Below the pieces are notes generated by a model. That model was not told the DNA's origin. It did not search any database and saw nothing but the letters and a program-made list of their open reading frames with translations. A stretch of 64,000 bases of DNA from Eledone cirrhosa (lineage: Eukaryota): assembly GCA_964016885.1 (NCBI GenBank), contig OZ024743.1, positions 112,158,001-112,222,000 of the forward strand, written 5' to 3'. Position numbers and translations under genes: made by a program. Numbering within the stretch: position 1 is the first letter of the stretch; every line of letters begins with the position of its first letter. Shown piece by piece: positions 12,550 through 26,082 of this stretch.

Positions 12550-14620
12550 AAAATCTTAGCAGAAATCCATACTTTTACTGTACAAACAAACCAGTAAATT
12601 AGAAATGGGGACTGTAAATGGAAAAAAAGACAATTATCTGAAGGCCATCCTCTCCTCATGTATGAAAGCAACCTATGTAACCATTAACGTTTTGATGTAT
12701 GACTCAGCTATCATATTGCAGGCATTCCGTAAAGAACTAGAGCCACACAATCGGGGTACAAGTAGAAATCTTCTACCAGGATGGACTCGCAACTTGAAAA
12801 ATAAAAAGTTTTTTCTGAAAAAATGTTTTGGTGATACATCATATAAAATCCTAAAATCTAGACTGCAGCAGCTGAAACGAAAACGCACAGCTATAGCTGA
12901 AAAGCTAAAATATAAATATATACCATGTGAACGGCAAATGCTGAATAGATTATGCGCGACAGATACCAAATTAATCTATCGTAACTTCAAGGTGAAGAGC
13001 TAAGTCTTTAAAAGTAACGGCTGCAGAATATCAGATTGAAAGCTAAGGGAGATTTGTGCAGTAAAATAATGACGAGTTCAGCATGAAAGCTGTATGGGTA
13101 GAAGAAATGGAACAGGGCTGCTGTCATTATGGTCAATAAATTCAATATGAAATTGACGGCGAAATACTTGATACAGTTCTACAGAAAATGTTAAAAACAA
13201 GAAAACAACCAGTTCTTAACCTAATAATATGTTACTGGATTAAGAGTCTCATCGGCGAGATGTCATACAGCTGTATGGAGAAATATCAAGATCATACAAG
13301 ATCTACCCAAATGGTTATCAACTGCCATTATACTCCCCCTCATCCTCCTCCAAAATAACTTGATAAAACCACACATGATAAAACTTATAACCCAATGCAT
13401 ACCAGAATATCATGTAGAAATTATACAGTGTATGATTCAAGCTTTTCTTACACAATAATATCTCATCAACAATATTATGATATTTAAGATAGGTGAAAAA
13501 CAGAGGTGCTGAGCTATATAGAGAAGCTAATAATTAACAAAACGTTTCAAGAAAAATCCTAATCACAGAAACTTACTTGAATCTACTGTGGCTGAACTAG
13601 CAATTGTTAGTAAGCAATTGTTAGTATGCCATATTGATGGATTATCAGCTCTTTCGAGTTAGCCGAAGTCTCTGAACCGCTAGTAACTTCTATCCATCGG
13701 CTGGCTAAGACTGCGTACACCAATTTGCGTTTTAGGAGACATAAGAAGCATAAACTACCGAAAAGGCATCTTGCAGTGTAAAGATTTGGGCGTGTTGCTC
13801 TTCGTTCTCTCGTTCAAACAACTGTGATACTTGCTCAAAAATGATAGTGGTTATAGGAATGGATCAAGTATTAATTCTCATATTTTCCTTGTCGATGATC
13901 TCAATTGGTATGGACCAAATGTTAACCACGTCGAAAAATTGAAAGGCTATTGGAATTCGTTACACAATGTTCTACAGACATTGGAATGGAATTTAGTGAG
14001 TCCAAATGCTCACATTTGACAATATAACGTGGAAACCTTGTAACATCCTCTGAAGATCTAAAAGAGAACTGCTTCAAGATGCAGCCTCCACAGTCATGTG
14101 ACAACTATATATATATATATGTTGTATAGAATGAGAATGTCAGATATTATGACCGCATAAATAAAGAGGGGTTCAGGAATAAATACCCAAAACGAATACA
14201 GTCATCAAACTTTTCAGCATACAGTAAACACATTGCCCATAATACTTATGCTGTGCCCAGCCTAATGCCTATATTTGGCTTGTTGAACTTATTGCAAGAA
14301 GTGAACAACATGAATTCGCAAGATGTTTACTGTTCTTAAAGTTTTAATATCAATTATTGGCTAAATTTTTATATTAACATCACCGGAGAGCGACGCTGAG
14401 GCATGGGAAAAGCCAGTAACCAAGAGGAAATATCTCTCCCATGAAACCATGCTCGAAACAAATATAAAGCTCGACCATTTCAATGAGAAAGTTGTACATG
14501 GGTATTTTGAACGAAGATCGCAGATAATAGAAAGATAAACGATACAAGAAAATCCCCACCAAATACCTAATGTGGTCGCCAAAATAATCTGGAATAAACT
14601 ACGCAAGATGAAAATAAAAG
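12550..14620 (+). pseudogene. Heavily decayed R4/Dong-type (RLE) LINE reverse transcriptase
   Basis: INSHIFLVDDLNWYG (NHLLFxDDLKLY-like) at ~13870 and, in another frame, IGMEFSESKC at ~13980. Many stops and frameshifts. Confidence 0.65.
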
Positions 14621-15230
14621 CAAATAGCAAGTAACATACAGAGACAGAAGGTTAAAATGGAAAAGTGGTAGAATCTAAAAATAATAACTCTAAGTAAATC
14701 AAAAACACAAACGCTCTGATATTGTTGCTTGGGACCACACATTAAAAACATGCAAAGTGTTGCGAAGTCTTCTGCCCACACGATGTACATGTTGTAAGTA
14801 CAATGCATTGAGAAGGAGAATACTTACCAACCATTGATTAAGAGTTCACAGATACATGTTCAGCTTAATATCCGTTCGTCTGCACAAATGTGTAACTGAT
14901 CTTGGATTTGTGGAGCAGGAACGTGCACCTTGATTTATAAAGATACAAAAGGCCACAATATCTGGACCCGTAAAATCTGTAAATCATTCATAGGATTCAA
15001 TGGATGAACGATTGCACACACTACTACCAGGAAGGTGGTGGGCCACAAATAGACTCAACATTGAGTGAGTGACAACAAAACATGCATACAAACACATATA
15101 CGTATGCATGTACGTACGTAGCACATAATAGATGGATACATGCATACATACGTACATACATACATACATACATACATACACACACACATACATACATACA
15201 TACATACATACATGCTTTTACATACACACC

Positions 15231-15422
15231 TAATTGTTTCTACTTTAGGCACAAGGCAAGCAATTATTCCAGTGTATTACTGGTACTTTATTTTATCGAC
15301 CCCGTGAGGTTGAAAGGCAAAGTTAACCTCGGCGGGATTTGAACTCAGACCACAAAGGGCCGTAACTCTATGCTGCAAAGCATGGCGTCTGGCCTTCTAC
15401 TGATACTGGTAATCCACCGCCA
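15231..15422 (-). mobile_element. tRNA-derived SINE (short subtype)
   Basis: Full reverse-complement family match. Confidence 0.85.
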
Positions 15423-15937
15423 CTCACACATAATGACTGCTTCTTAGTTTCGGAAAAGGCCATCCTTTTTTTATACATGGCTGGCAGGAACATGGCCGTT
15501 TACCCCTCCAATGACTTAGATTACTTTCGGCATATGATGCTACGAAAGAAAAACAGAAAAGACATGCGAACGCAACATACATAAAAGTATTACCTTTGCT
15601 TGAAATTATTATAAGTGAGGAAAGGCCTTGCAATGGACCAATCCGAGTATCTGCACGGTGTCAGTTATCCAAAAAGAACTTATCCAAACAATTCAACATC
15701 ATTGGCTGCCATCGACTCAATGGTTTAGATTAGACTTTCCATTCTCCTAGGATAATGTCCTAACAAGAATTATGGGTCTCTCACTCCCGGCAGTCTAACT
15801 GCGCGCTTGGGAAATGAACCTAGTATGTCCATCTCCCCGCGTATAACAATGCATATATACACACATACATGCATACACACATACATACATACATACATAC
15901 ATACATACATACATACATACATACATACATACATACA

Positions 15938-16533
15938 TAAACCCAATAAAATGCAGACATAACAGACCAGATATTTTGATATGGGACAGGGAGAAGAAAG
16001 CATGCACAGTAGTGGAAATTAGCTGCCCAGCAGATGCCAATATAATATCAAAGATTAGCGAAAAGGAGAATATTTATGTAGAACTGATGAGAAATCTGCA
16101 GATACTCCACCCTGATTACACCTTCAGATTTATGCCTGTGATTATTGAGGCACTGGGATATGTTAGTAACTGCCTCAATACAAATATTGAGAAGCTATGC
16201 TTCACAGGAACAGAAAGAACTCAACTAGTTAGGAAATTACAAGTACAATCCATTAATGGAACAGTAAAAATATGTAAAACATTCCAAAAATGTTGCATCT
16301 AATAACTGCATATACACATGTACAGATACAAATCATATACACATGCACACATACAACTCAAAACATACACATCTACACATACAATAACGTCCATATCTAC
16401 ACATGCAGACATGCATACATAATCTACCTAGTTGATGTTGTATAAATTCCAATGAGAGAGTCTTGTGTCTATGTTAGAAACCGACTCTCTCTCTCTATTG
16501 GTAAAAATTTGTGAAATTATAAAACCAGAAGAA
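15938..16533 (+). mobile_element. 5'-truncated R4/Dong-type non-LTR element: restriction-like endonuclease plus 3' UTR
   Basis: KCRHNRPDILIWDREKKACTVVEISCPAD...KENIY.EL (PD-(D/E)xK-type RLE) in ORF 15976..16302. Flanked by (CATA)n at both ends. Confidence 0.85.
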
Positions 16534-16547
16534 CATACATACATTTC

Positions 16548-16821
16548 AAAACATTCCAAAATGTCTGCATCTAATAACTGCATACACACTTGAACAGATA
16601 CAAGGCATAAGCAAACACACAACTCCAAACATACACATCCACACATACAATAACATCTATACCTGCACACACATGCCCACATATGCATGCATGCAGGCAT
16701 GCATACATATCTACCTAGTTGATGTGTAAATTCCAATGAGAGAGTCTTGTATGTATGTTAGAAACCGACTCTCTCTCTCTCTCTATTGGCAACATTTTTT
16801 GAAATTATAAAACCAGAAGAA
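16548..16821 (+). mobile_element. Second, shorter 3'-end copy of the same RLE element
   Basis: Direct repeat of ~16276-16533 (aaaacattccaaaa...aaaaccagaagaa) followed by (CATA)n. Confidence 0.85.
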
Positions 16822-17849
16822 CATACATACATAAATACATGCATACATAAATACATGCATACATACAAACAAATAAAAATACGAATATAAAGATGAATTT
16901 CTGTCGGAATCATTACATTCATAGCTATACTTGCCAAAACATCTTTTCTTCTATTTCCATCAATCACATAATATATTTGAAGCACTTTTTTCTTTGTATA
17001 TATACATTATATATTGCGTTTATTTTTTCACATTATATCAAGATTGCTTATAAATCACATATCAACATTATATGTGGCAGAAAGTCTCGTATGGGTTAAT
17101 CTATATTTAGCACCCAAATATTTCAGATAATATGTCAGAATTTATTCCACGTTTATTTATATTATCTATTGGTTTTTAAATTCTTTCTTTTTATCTGTTT
17201 TCTACTGTATTGTTGTTCAATACGACATAAATGGAGCCGCATTGTTAATATTATAAATGTATAAAAATCTGATTGCGCCAGCCAGAATTGACAACGCAAA
17301 TGTCTGAACAACTATCGAGACAATAAAAGTTTGAAAGTGTTGTGATATAAACATATATAATGGACTTGCCCGTCGCTTATCGACGTATGAGGGTTCAAAA
17401 GTCGTCTCAATTCACGTATTTATGGTGATGCCTGAAATGGCACTTCAGTCTAGCTCCGGAAGTACACATCAAGCCACAATTTATACCTATGACAGGACTT
17501 TGAGCAGAAGAGGGTGAAATGTTTAGTCGGATCTTGTTATTGAATGTTAGATAACGAAGATGGGCTAAACAATTTTTTTTTTAAATATTCATACCTTCAT
17601 GACACAGAGTTCTCCATTTTCCAAGGTCAGTAGCTAAGGCTTCAAAAGGATTAAGTGGTGTATTCACAGATTTAAGATTGTACATCATCAGTCTTTATAT
17701 CTGAGTAATGCTCTGCGTACACTACGTACACCATTATGAAATTGACTGTATAGCAGTAACTTGGGTGTGCTGTTCTCAGTCACCGTAGACATGACCAGCC
17801 TGTCTGTGTGGGATTGAGTCAGAAATGAGGCAATCCCACCGATGTTGCA

Positions 17850-18370
17850 CCACGTGAAGATCGGCATTGGAGATTGTGTCAAAAAATGCATAACCGCAAG
17901 TAGAGCGGAGACAGTATTTGTGGAAGACATGAAGATTATAAATGTGAGGACGATAAATTGTCCATGACTACGAGCCGTGTAAAAAGGTTGTGAGGACCAG
18001 TGCACGATAAACTGAAACTTTGGTGAGTTGCTATCTTTACCAGGAGCTTTATTGGATGAGATTTGCTTGGTGGTGGCTTGTACTGAATTTAACTTTGGTT
18101 TGAATGCTAACTAAGGTAACTCCGGCCTTTGTGGAATAGATAATATCATATCTTCAAAATGTTCCTTCCACCTAGAGAGTATCTCAGCTTTCTCTAATGT
18201 ATAGGATTTTACCAGCAGATGATAGAACAGGATTTGGCCTTCTATCCATCGAAACATACAGCGCCTTCAGCCAATTATAAAAATCCCTCGAATCCTTCTT
18301 TTCGGCAATGCCATGTAGATCAGATAACTTAGATGCCTACCAAATATTCTTCATTTTTCTAAGTGAGGAT
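17850..18370 (-). pseudogene. Decayed APE-type LINE (RTE-like) fragment
   Basis: Minus strand reads EILSRWKEHFE at ~18160-18190, typical of the EN-RT linker. Heavily disrupted. Confidence 0.45.
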
Positions 18371-18559
18371 AGTGTCTGGTGCTTACTGTTATTATAGGAT
18401 ATATTTCGAGTTATTGACTTTTGATGTAAAACTCAAAGCCTGTAAAGGTTACACATTTTGTTGATGAGATTCTGCACATCTGATTTGCTTTCTTCAAACC
18501 AGTACTGGTATTTTCTCTTTACAAATTCGGTGGTGGTTGCTTAGGTGGAATGTTTCAGC

Positions 18560-18850
18560 GCATCTATCTATCTAAGGCGGGTAAAATTCCCGAGATCCAT
18601 GGACGAGTTCTCTCCAGCGGTCTCTGTCCCTCATTATCGCTGCCATATCCTGCATCTCCAACAGACCAGTGTCTGTCCTTAGGGCATCAACATATGTTAA
18701 CCTTGGTCTTCCTCTTCTAGTGTGTCCATGTAGGGGCTCCCAAAGGAGCACTGAGTGCAATGTCAACTCTGGATGTCGGTGAGCATGTCCAGCCAACCTC
18801 AGTCTCCTCTGTGTCACTTTTGATCAGACTTTTGGGATGCTCCCATACAG
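18560..18850 (-). mobile_element. RTE-clade LINE 3' end
   Basis: ORF 18572..18817: RRLRLAGHAHRHPE...LLWEP.HGHTRRGRPRLTYVD...DRDRWR, the typical RTE C-terminus. Confidence 0.8.
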
Positions 18851-18876
18851 CGCATATATACATAAATATATATATA

Positions 18877-18930
<54 letters not shown>

Positions 18931-18933
<3 letters not shown>

Positions 18934-19141
18934 GAGTAGGACCCCGACGGCTGAGCTCAAGCCGTTTCGACGGCTAATTCTGGACTAAATGAAAATATTC
19001 ATTTAGTCAAGAATTAGCTGTCGAACGGCTTGAGCTCAGCCGTCGGGGTCCTACTCGTTCTTATTACCCACTCTACTACTCTAAGTATTGAGTACTTTGG
19101 TGCGTTTTGGTCCATCTGGTTCCTTACCACATTTCCTTCGT
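18931..19141. mobile_element. PLE pLTR remnant as a 129-bp palindrome (18931-19059) with the 3' half of a hammerhead
   Basis: Near-perfect inverted repeat. The minus arm reads GAAA-CGGCT-tgagctc-AGCCG-TC^GGGGTCC. The downstream gtattgagtac motif is shared with the 20104/45543 family. Flanked by (TA)n. Confidence 0.7.
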
Positions 19142-19255
19142 TATATATATATATAATAAACATAAACATTCATACGTATACATATATATGATTGTGAAAT
19201 AAATACTTAGAAATACACAAGCATATATACATGCCTATGTTTGTAAATACTCTGA

Positions 19256-19312
<57 letters not shown>

Positions 19313-19635
19313 CGCGGAAACACAAACACGCTTACAAAAATACACACGCACAGAAATACATTCTCACAAGTACACATACATTTACACAAACATGCACATA
19401 CACTCACACACAGCGTGGACTCACAGACAGCGCAGCAAATGGAACGTTAGCTGCTGTTTTGATACAGTTTTTTCCACCATCTCCTTCCTTCATTTTACAC
19501 ACAACACATACATTCACACAAACATACACACACATTGTGGAACGGACGGAAGTCGCTCAAATTTTTGCAAACATTCCTTGTCTGCTTTTTACTAAAAAAT
19601 AATAATGTATACTATGTGTGTGTGTGTATGTGTGT

Positions 19636-19697
<62 letters not shown>

Positions 19698-19710
19698 ATG
19701 CGTGTGTGTT

Positions 19711-19746
<36 letters not shown>

Positions 19747-20103
19747 TGTGTGAGGGTGTGCGAGTGTGAGTGTGTATGAAAAAATATGTATATTTCTCAC
19801 TTCCTCTCTCTCACTCGCCTCTCTCGAAGAACTCAGATTTCATCAGACCCGGAGAGAGAATGGTCTCCACCAAGAATTACGGTTCAATGCAGACAGACAT
19901 TTGTAAAGATATAAAAACACAAAGCTAACATGTAATTACCACACAACCATCGACCCGACTTCTTCAGATAAAGACAGGAACACAAGCAATATATTTAGTT
20001 TAGCGTTACGGGGTCCAGCATAGAGCATGTTCACATCGTGTTAACTGGGCCTGGTATAAATTCACTCATTCTGTATACATACATATATATAGAGAGAGAG
20101 AAT

Positions 20104-20220
20104 GTTGAATAGGGGTACACCACAGTAAGTAAGGTACTCAATACATAGCAGGGTATGAATATTTAATATAGAAATAGCTTCTACAGGACTAGAACTGTTT
20201 CATTCGGAAGAAATCGTCAG
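20104..20220 (-). mobile_element. PLE pLTR 3' fragment with hammerhead core (stem I 5' strand lost)
   Basis: Minus strand CTGACGA-TTTCTTCCGAAT-GAAA-CAG-ttctagtc-CTG-TA^GAAGC. Homologous to 45615-45740. Truncated by (TA)n exactly at the core. Confidence 0.75.
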
Positions 20221-20232
20221 ATATATATATAT

Positions 20233-20945
20233 CTAGTAGCCGAATTACCCGTGCCTTGCTGCGTTTCACACATTTTTATTGTAAGAAAATGATGATTGAT
20301 TTTAAATCAGTGATATGGAGAAACACTCTGCATTTCAATATTACTCAATGTACAATGTAATGCATGAAACATTGGAAAACATTATTTGTAATATATGAAA
20401 TCAAAATTACATTATTTAATCTTATTCTTATTTTGTTTCTTGTAAATAATTTTTTTTCAAAATATCAATTCAAAACTTCATCATTTCATTTTTGTGTGAA
20501 GCATTATATTCAAATTAGAAATTCAAAGTTTAATTATTTATTTTTTAACATAATGAATACATGAAAATATATTTCATACTTTGTCATAATGAAGAATTTC
20601 AAGGTAAACAACATTTCTTGTCTTTCTTTGATTGGCTAAAATGTAGAGATATTTTGAAGTTCCAGTCCTTGAAACAGCCACATAAAACATGCCATGATTG
20701 AACATGGATTTGTCAGATCTATACCAATAGTTTTGAAAGATTGAGCTTGACTCTTATTGATGCTCATGGCAAAGCATGGCCTCACTTGGAACTGCAGCCT
20801 CTTAAATGTAAAAGGCAAGTCGCTATCACTTGGTGTAAGTGGAATCCTCGGAATCAGAAGAGCTTGATCTTTGTAACTCCCGAATATAATGGTTGCTTCA
20901 GTCAAGTTCTCATGCAATCTTGATACAATACATCTTGTTCCATTT
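20233..20945 (-). mobile_element. Helitron 3' end with PIF1-like helicase C-terminus
   Basis: LIPRIPLTPSDSDLPFTFKRLQFQVRPCFAMSINKSQAQSFKTIGIDL (ORF 20636..20917), then frameshifted HGMFYVAVSRTG. Imperfect subterminal hairpin at 20248-20263 and terminal CTAG at 20233-20236. Confidence 0.85.
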
Positions 20946-20949
20946 ATTG

Positions 20950-21290
20950 GCCAAAATGTTCACTATAGGGGGTTTAATCCCCATTAGGGTGTTTTAATGT
21001 TATTGAAATTTTCTGAAATTTTGTGAATAGGCATCATATCTTGTCATTTACCTATGGTTTAAACTTCAAATAAATTGAAAGGAACAAATTTTCAGCGGGG
21101 CTTTGTGCCCCGGGGAGCCCTATCCCAGGGGAACCCTTTGATTAAAATGAAATATACTTATCCAAGTACCCTGGGTGATGTAGTATCATAATATATATAT
21201 GGATACGGGGTCTATCTCCAAAACCATAGAAGGAGTTCGTGAACAAACAAACAAAAAAACAAACAAAAGACAGGAACTACAACTTTATAT
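20950..21290 (+). mobile_element. Possible non-autonomous Helitron/Helentron-type fragment
   Basis: aaacttca...ggagtt..gaacaaacaaacaaa..gaca..tttatata 3' pattern; resemblance only. Confidence 0.35.
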
Positions 21291-21350
21291 ATATGTATAT
21301 ATATATGTATATATATAAATATATATAAAGATATATATGTATATATATAA

Positions 21351-21461
<111 letters not shown>

Positions 21462-21465
21462 TATA

Positions 21466-24400
21466 CAGACAAATAAAGAATCAGCGAGAATCGCATTTTC
21501 GGCGGGCAGTAAAAGCGAAGCGAAACGCAAAAATCAGAAATGATACTGGCAAAGTGCTCAATAGTTAAAATACAGCTAAACAATGTGTTAAGAAGCCATA
21601 CAAAACGGAAAAGGTGGTAAAAAAAGCATTAACCACCCAAGCCAAAAACCAAATCAAGCTAAACAGGTCAAAACAAAATAAATGATAAAAAATAAGTGAT
21701 AGCCAGACAAAATATAAAACAATCAAATTTTAGTTTAATACATTTAATTGCTGACAACTGTTTCTTCCAGACGAATGTCTGGAATCATCGGAGCATACAC
21801 AATGTTTAAACAGGTAAGTATAATCCTAGTCTTCAGAACAGTGATTAAGATACATAACTATTGACAGTATCAGTGACATCATATTGAAAGCAGGAGTTAC
21901 AAAAAGATGTTATTTTACAGATATCACAATATAAAGAGCAATGGTGAAAAATTAAATATTGAAGATATTATATATAAAGATATTCTTTAAGATAATACAT
22001 GTGCAAAAGATACCAAGCAAAAAATGTCTTAGAGAAGATAGATAAAAGATATCATAGCATTGAAAAGCAGGTAATATTATAGGGTACATAATGCAAAAAT
22101 TAATAAAGGCATGCACGAAGTAAGAGTTAAAATTAAATAAATCAAGCATATTTCATACACAATGTTAAAAGATGTTAAAGGTGTTAAAAATGTTTAAAAT
22201 GTTTAAATTGGCATGCATTATGGTAACGAAATATGTAATGATAAAATGAATAAATGTTGTGTAATATATAATGCCAAAAAACGTAAGTAAATAACATTGG
22301 TAATTGTCATTCAAGAATTTTTATATTAGAGTTCGTGTATAAATCTATATGTTGGGTGTAAAACAAATGTATTAAACATAGAATTTTCTTAATTTTAGTT
22401 GTAGTGTTTGAGATGTGTACAGTTTAAAAATATGTGTGTAGTAAAGATTAATTCCACTGTATTACTAGCCATGTTAATATAGGAAATATATTATACAATG
22501 CTTTCCTATCTTTAAATTTTCTATTAAGAAATAGTTCACTTTGCTTTATGTGCGAGTTCTATTAAGAGTTATTAGACGAAGTATAATGGTAAAAATGTCG
22601 TTAAATTGTTTTAACGTTATGAATTTAAAAAATAAGGGGAAAGATATTTATAAGGGGAGTTAATAACAAAGCGAGTTAATTAAGGAAATATTAAGGTTGA
22701 CAATAAAAGAAGGGTTATTTTATTATTCTAAATTGTTGTTTATTATCTATTAAATATTATAATTCATTAAATGGTGTTATAAATTAATATTTACAAATTA
22801 TAAAAGATGATTGATTATTTATCAATTATATATAAAAGTTATTTGTTATTCTTATTTATTCAGATGGTCTAAAGATAGTTAAATTATTAATAACTAGATA
22901 GGGATTTATATAATATATGGCAATATATAATGGAGTAATTTGTGTTGTGGACACTGTTGTGGGCTAGTTAATTAGTGTTATATATTATTTTAGTAGTACG
23001 GATGGAGAGCATATTAGGGTGCCTAAATTGTTTATTTATTTGTTTTTTAAGAAACATTTGATTTGTATTAGATATGGGATATAGAAAGGAGTTTATTAAT
23101 ATATATATATATATATGTGATGGTGGTAATATGATAATTAAGTAAGAGAAATTGATATCAGATAGGATATAGGATGGTGTGGTTTGTTAAAGTTAAGGTG
23201 TAGTTATATAATTACAAAAAGCGAATGAAATAAACTTAAAGGTAGTAGTAATATAGTAATATATTAGACATTGTTATATATTAGCTATTTGGTTTGAAAT
23301 AGTAGAAAGAATATCTGTGTTAATGTGGACACGTAGAGAAAATTTCTGATTTTCTATTTAGTAGGTTGAGATTTGAATCAATAATAGTGCGAGACTCAAG
23401 GAGACAAAGGTTACAGTGTTTGTTAGGTGGTTTATAAGAAGGGGCCTTAGCTATCACTTCCCATCCTAGGGTGTATGGTATATTACTTGTTTTTAATGAG
23501 TGTATGTAGGTAGATAGTGAAGTTGTATTACTAAGTGCAGGGTTTCTAAACAAATGAAGGTGGGAGTTATATCTGGTCTTAAAACTATTCGATGTTGAAC
23601 CTATATAAACTTTCGAAATTTGATTAGCAGTGACAGTACAGGAGTAGATAATGTCTTTAATAAGGCAATTATTACTTAATGGGCAAGTTCTATTGGGTCT
23701 ACACTTACAATTGTTATAGTTAATAGTATATTGGTTAAGGGGGTATGATGTTTAACGTGTATTACTGTTTATACTTCTAGTTTTAAGATTATGGTAAGTA
23801 TTAATATCATTATTATTGGTATTATTACTATTTTTTCCAATATAGTCCTGTACTGAGTTATTATTAAGGTTATTTCTATGTTGGACATTATTAACTTGGT
23901 GTAATTTGAAGTATTTACTAATCTTCTTCTTGTTACTGCTAGCTATATGGTCTGCAATGTTAGGTCTGGTAGAGTAGGATATCTTAATAGTGTTTTTGTT
24001 AAATAGGTTATGGTATTTATGGTTAATGGGGAAGTTTTTATCTATAATTGAGAAGAAAGCTTTAGGTATGTTGGTGGAGACATTTAAGTTGAAAGGAGGA
24101 TTTTAAAATGTATTACTTCTTCTATTCTTCTTATGATTTATATTTATATTTATATTATTGTGATTAACTATATTGTTTCGTGTGGTGTTAGGTACAGTAT
24201 TATTTATATTTTTCTTTTTAACATAATTTTTTTTTATGCGGATTTTCTTAGGATAATTGTTGTGGTACGAGTTAACTTTGTTGATACCATCTGTATCAGG
24301 AAACAGGATCTTCAATACTATGAGTATATTTAATTTTATTCATGGCCATATTATGTGAAATAATATTAGATTGTTTATGAATAGATGACTTTTTAGGTGC

Positions 24401-24515
24401 AAATTTAATTTTATCTCTATGATCCGAACGAGCTAAGGTTTCATTATAGTATTGGGAGTTATGGTTAAATATAGTCTCGTTATAAGAAAGACTAGATATT
24501 CTATTTGATACCCCT
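21466..24515 (-). mobile_element. 5'-truncated Naiad-type Penelope-like element (RT thumb, GIY-YIG, long AT-rich 3' UTR/pLTR)
   Basis: Minus strand: NRISSLSYNETIF..., NPPFNLNVSTNIPKAFFSIIDKNFPINHKYHNLFNKNTIKISYS, CKCRPNRTCPLSNNCLIKDIIYSCTV...YIGSTSNSFKTRYNSH...LGWEVI...CNLCLLE...LLNRKSEIFSTCPH. Contains stops. Hammerhead near the 3' end, which abuts (TA)n. Confidence 0.88.
21749..21795 (-). ncRNA. Type I hammerhead ribozyme, U4C core variant
   Basis: TGCT-CCGATGA-TTCCAGAC-attc-GTCTGGAA-GAAA-CAGTTG-TC^AGCA. Perfect 8-bp stem II, 4-bp stem I. Confidence 0.75.
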
Positions 24516-24564
24516 GATCATTCGTGTCACTAAATATATCCGATGCTCTTTGTCCCGCATTAAG

Positions 24565-24762
24565 TAGATTGGCAGTATCGACAGAGCGTCAGACACCATA
24601 ATTTGCAGCATAGAGTTATGGCCCTTTGCGTTCTGAGTTCAAACCCTTTCAAGGTTAACTTTGCCTTAACGTTGCTTTTCATCCTTACGAAGTCGATAAA
24701 ATGAAGAACCTGCAATGCACTGGGATAGTTGCTTGCCTTGTGCCAAAAGTAGAAACAATTAT
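24565..24762 (+). mobile_element. tRNA-derived SINE (short subtype)
   Basis: A and B boxes and central block, with a small internal duplication (ttgcctt aacg ttgcttt). Confidence 0.85.
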
Positions 24763-25361
24763 ATAGCCTACTCAAAACACCATTCTCTTAGAGTCGTAAA
24801 AACGTTACACAATCTCTAATATAAAATGCTAGGATTATCATTTAATTTCCCATGTTTGCCTATTTAATACGTATCTAGTAATTGAGAATTTCCTAATCAA
24901 CGTCCTACCATCTCTTCGGCTCCTCCTCATCCTCCTACTCCCCACCATCGTAAGCAACATCATCACTATCTTGATTACACATATTTCAACAGTTATTGTG
25001 TATTGCATGCTTTCATTGACCAACTTGATGCAACTGTGTAATGTCTTGGATACGACTAGAGTGTGTGTAATATTTGTGTGAGTCCGTGTGTATCTGTGTG
25101 TGTGTAGTTGTGAGAGGTTGCGTGTCTACGTCAGTGTAGTTGGGTGAGTGCGTCAGTACTTGTGTATCTTTTGGGGTGAGTTCATGTGTGAGGTTGTGTA
25201 TGTATGTATGTGTATGCTTTGGTGAGTGAGTGTGTATGTGTTTAGGCAAGTGTCTAGTTTACATTTATATATACATACATATACGTGATATATGTGTATA
25301 TACGCATATATATGGAATATGTGCATATACACATATATACGTATATATTTATATATATATG

Positions 25362-25415
<54 letters not shown>

Positions 25416-25449
25416 TCTATATATATATATACATATATATACATGAATG

Positions 25450-25511
<62 letters not shown>

Positions 25512-25523
25512 TATACATGAATG

Positions 25524-25587
<64 letters not shown>

Positions 25588-25655
25588 TATACATGAATGT
25601 ATATATATATATATATATATATACATATATGTATATATATATATATATATATGCA

Positions 25656-25696
<41 letters not shown>

Positions 25697-25801
25697 GTAT
25701 ATATGTATATATATATATATTTACCAAATATGTGTATATGTGTATATAAACATATATAAGTGATATGTGTTTGTGTACACATATATACTAAAATGTTTAT
25801 A

Positions 25802-25846
<45 letters not shown>

Positions 25847-26082
25847 GCTAGCGCTACTGTAGTCTGTATGTTGTGTAAGTCCTGGGATTTAAAGTTTCAT
25901 GTTGTCTGTATCTTCGTTAATCATTCCCAAGGCACCTATTATTGCGTGAATCGTTTCTGTATACAATTCCCACATTCTGTATCATTATTTCCAGAGCTTC
26001 ATATTTGTATGTCTCTTCCGTTTCCTTTAGAAATAAATCTTTAGAGATATTGGAATTGATACATCGATAAGCAATAATAATA

